Shown here piece after piece: positions 7,634 through 17,300 of a stretch of DNA of 38,216 nt. Source of the DNA: a virus; the IMG/VR virus record IMGVR_UViG_3300045988_060547, positions 1 through 38,216 of that record; one strand, given 5' to 3'. Positions within the stretch are counted from its first letter, which is position 1, and every line of letters begins with the position of its first letter. Position numbers and translations under genes: made by a program. The notes beneath the pieces were generated by a model. That model was not told the origin of the DNA. It saw only the letters and a program-made list of their open reading frames with translations, and did not search any database.

Positions 7634-7676
7634 TTCCCTTCCGGTCCGCTGCCGTTTCCAAAGGCCTCTTCTTCTC

Positions 7677-7716
7677 CAGCCTACCACGTCCCCTGCTTCA
7701 AAACTACTGCGGACAT
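7677..7716 (-). promoter_or_regulatory. Conserved two-box motif (candidate late promoter or activator site), copy 1
   Basis: The + strand reads cagcctaccacg, then 10 nt, then caaaactactgcggacat. The same boxes with the same 10-nt spacing occur at 29670-29709. This copy lies directly after the TA terminator. Confidence 0.45.
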
Positions 7717-7760
7717 ATAAAAAGAACGAGCACCCCGGCTCACAGCCAGAGTGCTCGTTC
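7715..7760 (-). terminator. Rho-independent terminator of the toxin-antitoxin cassette
   Basis: GAACGAGCAC (7724-7733) pairs with GTGCTCGTTC (7751-7760). On the minus strand the stem is followed by TTTTTAT. It begins 6 nt after the toxin stop. Confidence 0.8.
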
Positions 7761-7765
7761 TTTTC

Positions 7766-8032
7766 TTAAAACTGATTCAGAATATCGTGGTGTCCGATGT
7801 CCAGCAGCAGTATGATGGTGTCTCCGTCGTATTGCCATATGACCCGAACATCCATATTGACGCTGAATTCGAACAGGTCTGTTGTTCCCTGTATCCGCTT
7901 TGTTCGCAGTGACGGGTATAGCGGATCCTGCATCAGCAGTTCCAGCTTCTTTTTCAGCTGTGTCCGTTCTGCTGCCGACAGCCGTTTCACGTTCTTGACG
8001 AACCGCTTGGTAAATGTGATCTTGTACGCCAT
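7766..8032 (-). CDS. Type II toxin, RelE/ParE superfamily
   Basis: The 88-aa product contains LLMQDPLYPSLRTKRIQGTTDLFEFSVNMDVRVIWQYDGDTIILLLDIGHHD. Its ATG overlaps the antitoxin stop (ATGA). Confidence 0.85.
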   Translation of the reverse strand: MAYKITFTKRFVKNVKRLSAAERTQLKKKLELLMQDPLYPSLRTKRIQGTTDLFEFSVNMDVRVIWQYDGDTIILLLDIGHHDILNQF

Positions 8033-8295
8033 CAGCTCACTCCATCCAACATCTCAAACAGCTCGTCAACGGTATCAAAGACCGGCTGTTCACCGGCTGC
8101 GATCTTCGCCTTTGTTTCATTGATCTCGCTGCGCAGCTCGTCCAGATACTTCTTGGGGTACACGGCCACCGGCATGATCTGGATGGTTCCGTCTTTTTCC
8201 ACGATTTCCAGCTTGTCGCCCTCGTGCAGGCCCAGCCGTGCCACGATGTCCTTCGGGATAGTGATCTGCGACTTTGTTCTCAACTCTGTCAGCAT
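8032..8295 (-). CDS. Type II antitoxin, AbrB/MazE/SpoVT-type
   Basis: The product contains KSQITIPKDIVARLGLHEGDKLEIVEKDGTIQIMP. The start was set at ATG 8295, with an AAGGAG SD 9 nt upstream, rather than the TTG at 8355. Confidence 0.85.
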   Translation of the reverse strand: MLTELRTKSQITIPKDIVARLGLHEGDKLEIVEKDGTIQIMPVAVYPKKYLDELRSEINETKAKIAAGEQPVFDTVDELFEMLDGVS

Positions 8296-8316
8296 ATCTG
8301 TCAGCTCCTTTGCATC

Positions 8317-8372
8317 GTTGGATTTTCCAACTTTCTTACCATCAGTATACGCCAACTGCGCCGAAATATCAA
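8317..8372 (-). promoter_or_regulatory. Sigma-A-type promoter and palindromic operator of the TA cassette
   Basis: The minus strand reads TTGATA (8372-8367), a 17-nt spacer, then TATACT (8349-8344). Downstream lies the palindrome GTTGGA-AAA-TCCAAC (8331-8317). Confidence 0.7.
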
Positions 8373-8379
8373 GTCATTC

Positions 8380-11300
8380 TTATTTCACCCCCTCCCACCA
8401 GTTCTTCTCGTTCTTCGCCTTCTCCGCCTTCTTGTCCGCATCCTTCACCCACTGCGCAAAGTTCTTTTCCTCGTACAGCGGATTCCCGTCTGCCTCCTCG
8501 AGGGCCAGCAGCTTCTTTTCCAGCCTCTCCCGGTCGCCGTCGCTTCCGGCCAGATACTCTTCCTTCACGGCCTCGGTGATCTTGCTCTTGATGCTGCCCT
8601 TGTCCTTGCCTGCGGTCATCAGGCGGTCAAGCTCCTCCTGCGCGTCCTTTGCCCGGCCATTTTTCACTTCGTCCAGGAGCGCGTCGTATATGCCGCCGTC
8701 CTTGCTGCCCGCCAGCAGTTCGTCCGCCTTGCCGTCCACCGCCTTGTTCACCACGTCGATGAGCTGCGCCCGCCGGGCCGCGTCCGCTTTGCCCTTGGCT
8801 CTGTCCGTCGCGGGGGCGACGCCCAGCCCCTCCCGCAGCTTCTCGAATACGGCCTGCCGGGCCTTTTCCTCGGCCCGGGTCTTCCCGGCGTTCCGGGCCT
8901 CGGCCGCCGCCAGCACGTCGGCGTCGTACTGCTTCAGCCGCCTTGCCAGCTCGCTGTCCACCTTGTCCGTCTTGTTCATCTGTTCCAGCTTCTTCATCGC
9001 CGCAGCAGCTTCCTCGCTGTCCCCGCTCTGGATGGCGTTGTACAGCCGGTCGTACTGCCCGGTAGCCGAAGAGGGGGCAGAGTTAAAGCTGAACCCTTCG
9101 CCTCTGCCGATGGCCTGTGCATCCTCCCAGTAGCCTTCAAACGCCTGCATCACCTTCCGGATGTTGGCCGCCGGTACGCCGTACAGCTCAAGGCCGCACT
9201 GGATGTCCTTCAGCACCGCCTTGTTCAGCTTCTGGTGGTGCGCCGCCAGCTCTTCCTCGCTCATCTCGCCGGTGTCCGTCCGCAGCAGCTTGGCGGTCTT
9301 GGTAAAGGCGGCAAACAGATCGTTCACCGCACTGATATTGGTGGCGCTCACCACGTCGTAGTCCGCGCCGCTTGCAGCGTTCGAGATAACGCTGTAGATC
9401 TCCGCTCCGTACAAAAAGTTTCCAGCTGCGCTTTCGGTGTACAGGTCGAAGAACCGCTTGCCCACGCTGGCCGCCGTGATGTCGCCGTTCTCGTCCTGCT
9501 CCCTGTCCCACCGGTGGAGCAAGAAGTCCGCGCCGATCTTCATCAGGGCAAATACCGCCGTCTGCACCGCCTGGCTTGCCGCCGCCCGGCGCAGGCTCTG
9601 CCCGGCCCGCTGTACCTCGGCCTTGTTCTCGGCGCTCTGGTCGGCAGCGTACCGGGATTTCTGGGCCTTGTAGTCGCCTACTGCGTCGGCCAGGATGCCG
9701 TAGTTCTGGAAGCGCTGGGTGGTAAACATGGTCAGCGTCTTTACAAACTCATTGTCGCTGCGCTGGATGCCCGCCCGCTGCATGGTGGTGTAGTTGGGCT
9801 GGGTCTCCTCGATGACCCGCTGGTACATCTTGTTCACGGCTTCCCAGTAGGCTTCGCTGCCCTTCTCCGCGGCACCCTCGCCGAATTCCGCTGCGTGGTG
9901 CTCCACATATCGCTTCGCGCCCTCCCACAGCGCCGCCACCGTGATCTCGTCCATGCCGGTGATCCAGCCGGTCACGGCAGGCATGGCTTCCGAGGCCTTC
10001 GCCACAAGGTTTTTGTGCGCGCCGATGGAGCTCATCTCGCCCCGCTTTGTCCCCCGCAGTCGGTATTGCAGCAGGGCGTCTCCGTGCCGGCGGATCTCTG
10101 CTTCCACCGCGGCCCGCTGCTTGCCCGAGAAATTCTTCACGAAGGGCAGCACCGCCGCCATGGTGTCTGCTCCCAGCACAGCGCCCGCCGTGGGCAGACT
10201 GGCTGCCTGCGCGATGGCCACGCCCGGGTTCACGGTCAGGATGGCCCCGGCGTAGTTGCCCCGCATCCGGTCCAGCGCCCGGCTCATGGTGCTGCTGCGG
10301 TGCCGCTGCCTGGTCTGCAGGTCGGTCAGCAGGTCATTGATGTAGCTTACCGTCTCCCTGCCCCACTTCTCGCCGATGATCTTGTCCTTCAGCACACCGA
10401 TGCCCTCTGCCGTCTCCACGGTGCTGTTCAGTACCCGCTGCACGTCCCGGATGGGGGCTGCAAGGCCCGCATAGGCTGCCGTGTCCCGCAGGCTCCGCTT
10501 CACCACGTTCTGACACTCTTCCAGCAAAATGGGCTTGTCGCTCTTCACGCGCTCCTTCAAAAAGCCCCGGCCCTCGATGGTGGCATCCATCTTCACGCCC
10601 TCGATCTCCGTCGCCAGCGTGCTCCGGTCTACCGCGATGGGGTAGTAGTTCTTCACGGTGGCCCGGTCGTAGCCCAGCAGCTTCATGCTGGTCTCGTTGA
10701 TGAGGTTCGTGGTGTACCGCCCGAAAAAGTCCTCCATGTCCTCGCACCATGCCCGGTCATAGTCCGTCATGGCGTCCTGTACCGTCTGCAAAATGGTGTC
10801 GGCCATGGGGACGCCGTCGGCGTTCACCAGTGTCCCCAGCATCACGGTCTGGCTGCGCTGGTAGGCCCTCTCGATGTTGCCCTTGGCGTACTGGACAGCG
10901 TCCGGCAGGGTCAGGCCGCCGGTCATCAGGTGGTGGCGGCTGTCCTCGTTGCGCAGCAGCATGTACAGGCTGCACAGCTGTGCGTGGTTCAGCGGCACGG
11001 CATTGCCCTTGCTGTCCTTCAGGCCGATGTCAACCAGCTCCGCCCCCGGCCCGGCAAAAGCCTCCACCTCTTTCAGGTGTTCCTTGCCGGTCACGTTGGC
11101 AAACAGGCTTTCGCCTTCTACCAGGATCTCCGTCTGCCGCCGCTGGCCGTCGTTCAGCATCTGCCCCAGCTTCTCCATCTGGCCGTTTTTAGTGTAGCCG
11201 CCCAGGCGCCGGAACATTCTCGTGCCGCCCAGCATGTCCAGCTGGTAGCGGTTCATCGCGCCCTTCGCCTTCTCAAATTTCTCCCCGAAACCGTTGCCCT

Positions 11301-14300
11301 CAGAGTTCAGCACCTCGTGGGCGGCCTTCATGGCCATGCTGTCCACTTCTTCGGCTCTCGCAAGGCTCAGGGTCTTGTTCTCGGTCCGGATCATGTGCAG
11401 GGTGCTGGCCGTGATGGCCTTCAGCATCCGCAGCTGGTCCACCGTCATGGGCAGATAGGTGCGGTTCTCCGTCTCCCGGATGCGCTGGCGCAGCCGGTCC
11501 CGCAGCTGTTCGGCCTTGTCGCCGTCCGGCAGAGCCCTGGCTTCTTCCAGCTGCTTGTTCAGCCGGTCCAGCTTTGCCTGCTTGCTGGCGCTCATGTCGT
11601 CCCGCAGCATCTGGATGAGGTTTTCCACGCCGCTGTTTTCCCAGTCGGCGTGGATGCCGGCGTCCATCTCTCCGCTGCGCCGGATGCTGTCCTGCAGGGC
11701 GGTCAGCTTGACCACGGCGTTGTTGTTCAGCACCGTCATGTCCGCCAGCTTCGCCACCTCGGCGGCCTGCACGATGAGGCTCTTCTGTACATATTTCCCG
11801 GGCTTCGGCCGCAGCACCATCTGGTTGAGCTGGGCGGCATTGTTCCGGATGCTCCGTTTCAGTTCGTCCGCCTTCCGTCCTTCCCGGGCTTTCTGTACCC
11901 GCTTTTCGGCCAGTGCCTTTGCCACGGCCACGTCTTCGTCCCGCTGCTGCCGGGCCGTTTCAATGGCGATTGCATTCCTCTGAGCCTGTTTTTCCTGCCA
12001 CGCTTCGGCCTTGCGCTGGTTCTCGGCCTCCCACTCCATGATCTCGTTTTCCTGTATCAGCAGCTGATGCTCCGCCCGGTCGGCCCGCTGCTGCTCTCCG
12101 GCCACCTGCCGGGAAAGGTCGTCGATCTGGGAGCGCAGCTGTCGGCGCTCCAGCTTTATCTCGTCCAGCATCTCCTGCCGGGCCTGCTTCATCCGGTTCT
12201 TTTCGGCCTTCCATTCCCGCTCGTAGGCTTCCCGCAGAGCAGTCATCTTCTCGTCGAGACCCGCCGCTGTGCTCACCTGTGCGCCCAGCGTTTCCAGATT
12301 CTCGTTGAGCTGTCGTTCTGCCCGGCTCACGCTCTTGACCTCGGCGCTCTGGCTGCGGCTGTTTTCCCGCATCCGGTCGGCAAAAGCCTTCCGCTGGGCC
12401 TGCTGCACGCTCTTCAGCCCCTTCGTCACCTCAGCCGCCCGCTCCTCGCTGCCGGCGGCCATGGCAGCCACCTCCCGGTTATGCTTTAAGATGCCCTCGA
12501 ACACCGCCTCGGCATCGGTCATCTCCGGGTGGCTCATGATGTCGCCGATCATCCGGCCCGCCAGCTCCACCTTGGCGTCCTCGTATTCGGCAGCGTCCGC
12601 GAACCGGCTCATCATCTTGGGCTTGATGGTGTCGTGTACGTTCATCAGCACATCGAGCCATTCCGTGCTCTCCATGACGGCTGCGCCCGCCACGCCCGCT
12701 TCCTGTGCCGCCGAGCGGAAGAGTGCCGCAGCGCTCTCCTTCACGCCGCCCACGGCCCGGGTGTCGTTCACGATGGCCTCGTACTGTTCCGCCGGGTTGC
12801 CGTCCCGGTATCCCTCCGCCTGCCGCAGCTTCACGCCGTGGCGCCGGGCCTCGGCCACCGCCTCTGTCCAGCTTCCGTACCGCTTCACAAGCTCGGCCTT
12901 GGCCTTGCCGTTCTTGTCTACCGTGTAGGTCAGGTCATGCAGGTCGGGGTACTCATCCCAGAGTTCCGTGTTCCGGTAGGTTGCCTCATCCAGCACCTCG
13001 CCTGCCAGCGTCTCGGCCAGTCCCTGCGCCTTGGCCATGTCCGCGCCCTCCGAGCGCAGATACTCCACCAGCGCCCGTGTCTCGTTTGCCAGCTTCGTCC
13101 GGTCGGTCCGGCTGCCGTTGGTCTTGGTCCACCGGATGGCGAGGCTTTCGAGGGCAGCGTCCGAGAGCCGGGTGTTCTTCGTCAGGCCGAAGAACTGGTT
13201 CAGGGTGTCAAAGGCCGCTGCCTTCTCCGCCAGTACCCGGCTGGCCTGCCGCTGCTGGTTCTGCTTGGCGTCCCGGTCGGCCTGCTCGGCCAGCTGAAAG
13301 CGGGTGGTTTTCTTCACAGGTTCGTCTGTTCTATTGCGTTCGGCAGAGGTTTGTGCTATACTCTGTTTAGAAGATACTTCCTGGGTGTCTGCAAAGGCAC
13401 TCAGCATCGCTTTCGGGAGCGATGTGGCGGTATCTTCTTTTTTTATTGGTAAGCCTTGAGTATTCAGTGTTACATAGCTTCCATCCGTCCAGCAGACTTC
13501 ATGTACATAGAACGCCCTTCGATTATCATGACGGTAAGAATTGACGATAACACTTTCATAAAGTCTTGCTCCATTGATCTCAACAGGTGCTGCAAAAACA
13601 TAGGTATCATAGCCTCTGCCCTGCCAGTTCTTTTCGTATCCAATTTGACGGCCATTTTTGATGATCTCAGGAATTGCGCCTACTGCTGCCTGTTTTGCGG
13701 CGCTGTTGCCGTGTTGGACGGTCGTTCTTGCACCTTTCACAGTCAATTCTACTGTTCCAAATCCCGACCTCTCAACACGATTTCCGAGAGAATCAAAATA
13801 AGCTGCAACATTCGCAATGTTTTCTTTTCGGCTTGTGCCAAACGAGACTTCTGTTCCCTTAATGACTGCTACCGTTTCCATCTGCTCGAGCTGTGTAAGA
13901 TTTTTATTCATCCGCTCAACAAGGGAATCTTTACCCTCATGCAGCTGAAACCGCACCCCTTTCTTTTCCGCCGCGCTCTCAGTCTTGAGAGCAGCGGCGT
14001 TTTCTTTTGCCGTCCGCAGGTTGTCCATGGCCTTTTCTGCGTGGGCGAAATACTCGTCCTGCAAAGTGCGCTTTTCGGCCTCGGCCAGGCGCTTCGCTTT
14101 CAGGGCGGCGCGGTCGTCCGGGTCGATGGTCAGCACTTCCTTCGCCCGGCTGATGAGCCCATCCAGCATCTGCCGCACCTGCTCCATCACCTTATGGATG
14201 GCGCCGCTCTTGCCTGCGTTCTTCTCTGCCTGCCCGCGCTGGAACGTCACCCAGCGCTTGAAGCTCTCCTCGCTGTCAAAGATGCCCCGCCATGCGTCGG

Positions 14301-17300
14301 CCACCAGCTCTTCCGCTGCCTGCTCGTAGGTCAGACTCTGGGCGCTGTAGTCCTCGAGCTTTGCCCGGATCATCTCGTCCAGGCTTTCGTAGCCGCTGCT
14401 CTTCGCCAGATATTCCAGCGCGTGCTCCTGCAAAGTCCTTGCGCCCTCGGCGTCCAGCGCGTTGTACCAGTGGTAGTCCTCGTGCAGCACCGTGCCGAAG
14501 ATGTCCTGCGCACTGTCGCCGAAGAAGATCCGGGCCGTCTCGGTGTCCACATAGGCCCTGATGCTCCGGTCGTTCTGCAGCACATCCCTCAGCACAGCAT
14601 CCGTGCCGGTGGCCGCCGCGTTCAGGCTGATGATCTGGCTGGCCGGGTCGCTCTCCTGCCGCATCGTACCCTTGGCGTATACCTCGCCCCTGCCGCTGGT
14701 ACTCTCGCTGCCAAGCGCGCCGCCCAGTTCGGTCATCTTTTCGGCATACAGCATCCGTTCGCCCTTGCCCTGGGTGTAGGCGATTTCAAGGGCCGTCCGG
14801 CCGGCGTCGGTGCTCAGGATATAATTGATGTCCGCCGCCGTGCCGCTCATGCTGCCCGCCAGCTCCAGCGCCTGCGCAAAGGTGGCAGCGCCTCTCCGGC
14901 CCAGCCGGTACAGCGGCGACGCTGCGGCCGCATACCGGTCGGCGTCCACCCTGTCCGGCATATTTTTGCTGATGGTCTGGGCTGCCTTATCCGTTACCCG
15001 CCAGCCTTCCAGCGCCCGCTGCACCTCAGCCTCCCGCTGGGTCTTCGGTGCTTCCGGCCGGAGACCCAGCGTCTCCCGCAGCGGGGCGTTCTCGTAGCTG
15101 TCGGTTTCAGCTGCGGCGGCAGTCGCTTCACGCACGTTGTCCGGTGCAGCCGTTTCCGGCATGGCATCGGCGGTTTCTGCGGGAGCATCCTGTACTGTCT
15201 GCGGCACATCCACAGCTTCGCCGGCCAGCTCTGCTCTCTGTGCAGCAGGCACTGCTTCGCTTTTTACGTTCTGCTGTGCGGCGATCTCCTGCAGCATCCG
15301 GCGGGTCGCGGCCGCAGTGTCGGGCAGCGTCACGCCGTAAGCCTGCTCAAAAGCCGCACGGTTTTCCCGGTTCTCGGCGTTCGGCGTAAACAGTCCGATG
15401 GTCTTGCCCGTCAGGCTGTCGCTCGCCGCCACCTCGGCAAACTGCCGCACCGCCGGGTTTTCCGACTGTGCAGCAGCCTCGTTTACGCTGCTGTTTACTC
15501 CTTCCGTCTGCGCCTGCGGCGCATCCGCCCGCTGCATACTTTCAGTGGAGCTCCGCTCTCGCGCGGCGTCAGCCGACGGGACCGGTGAGAGGTTTTCTTC
15601 CCGCCCGCTGATGTTTTCAGTGGCCGCAGGTGCAGCCTGGCTGAGAGGTTCTCCCCCCGCCAGCGCTCTATCAGTAGATCTATCCGCAGCCGGCTGAGAG
15701 GGCTCCGCCGCCCGGGCCTCCCACTCCTTCTGCCGGGCAGCGGCCCGTTTCCTCCGGTCCATCTGGTCATAATGCTCTGTCTGTCCCAGCAGGCTTGCGT
15801 CTCCTCCGTTCAGCTTTGCCAGCCCCGTGCCGACTGCGCCGCCCAACGCACCGGACGCGCCGCCGGAAAGTCCGCTTTCCAGCGCGGTGAGGAAGGTGTC
15901 TTTGGTAAACAGGTTCTTCGCCGCCTCGCTGTCCCCCAGCGCAGCGTCGATGGCCATGTCCGCATAGGTCTCCGCAAAGGCCTGCATCGAGTTGTCGATG
16001 CCGCCCGAGATGGCCGCAGCCACCGCCGGGTAGCGCTGCGCCAGCTCCGAGCTGCCCGCAAGCCCCTGCACCCAGTCCGCGATCTGCCCTGCCAGTGTGT
16101 CCTTCGCGTAGTCCGAGCCCATGGTCTTTGCAAGGTCGGCTGCGCCCACCGAGTTGATGGCCCATCCCGCGCCGAACTTGGCGAGGCCGCCGCCCAATGC
16201 CTTGCCGGCGCTCTCGCCCTTCTCCGCGCTCTGGCCCATGGCCTCTGCCGCTCCCTGTGCGCTCAGGACAGGCAGCACTGCCGCCGGGTTCACGCCCGCC
16301 ACAGCCAGGTTCTCCGCTGCGCTGGTCACGGCCCCCGCCACGGCCCGCTGGGTCGGGCTCAGGCCGCTCTGGGCCGCAGCCGTCAGCTGCTGGCCGCGGT
16401 CATAGAGCTGGTAGCCCACGCTCTGGTTCTTGTCTATGCCGTCGCTCACTTCCAGCCCCGCCAGCCTCTGGCGCATCTCCCGGATCTCCTTGGAGTTGTA
16501 CCCCATCGAGATCAGCTCCCGGTTCCGGCTCTCCGGCCAGGTGGGGTTATAATCCATGTCCATGTCGGTCAAAAGGTCAAAAAGGCTCTGGGCGTGTTCG
16601 TCGCCCTTTACCTCCTGCTCCACCTGTTTCCAGTTCTTCAGGGTGGCGTCAATGTTCTTTCCCGCCTGTACGCCGTACTCCGCGCCCAGCACCGGGGCAG
16701 CTGCCACCGTGTCCGCGATTCCGCCGATGGTGTTCGCCGTCCGGCGCACGCCCCGCTGCCATGCGGGGATGGCGTCCAGCGCAGCGTTCATCCGCCGGGC
16801 CTCGTTGATCTGCTCCTGTGTCCAGCCGCCCTTTTGGATGAGGTCGGCGTCCGTGTAGATGCCCGCGTTGTCCACCCGGCGCACCGCGTCGGCCAGATTC
16901 TTGTTGTCCCCGGTGTCCATCCACTGGTTGATCCGGTCAAACTCGTCCGGTACGCTGTCCTTGGCAAAGCTGGCTCTCAGCTCCTGCGCCGGGCCGGTGC
17001 CGTAAGCCATGGCCCCGCTGCCCACGTTCTCCAGCACGTTCCCGCTCTTCGCAGGTACGCCCCACTTCTGCCCCATGTCCAGCGCCCGGGCTGCCGCTTC
17101 CGGCATCTGCTGTGCCGGGCCGCTGCCCTCTGTAGCAGCGCCCGCCATTTTACGCCCCACAGAGCTTCCAGCGTCCAGCGGAAACTTGCCCGACACGCCA
17201 GTGGCTCCCACTCTGGGGGAGCTGGCGCGCAGCGCCTGAGAGGGCTCGTTCCTCGCATCCACTTCCCCCATGTCGCTGGAGTGCCGCTCGGTGTACTGCT

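Noticed and set aside
8224-12489. A very long + strand ORF (1,421 aa) and similar ones at 5506-7209, 13456-15588, 15772-17571, 23667-25292, 25478-27004 and 27856-29073.
   Set aside because: They are mirror-frame ORFs nested opposite well-supported minus-strand genes in GC-rich DNA. Their translations are low-complexity Arg/Leu/Gly/His/Pro strings with no SD-linked starts and no recognisable motifs.
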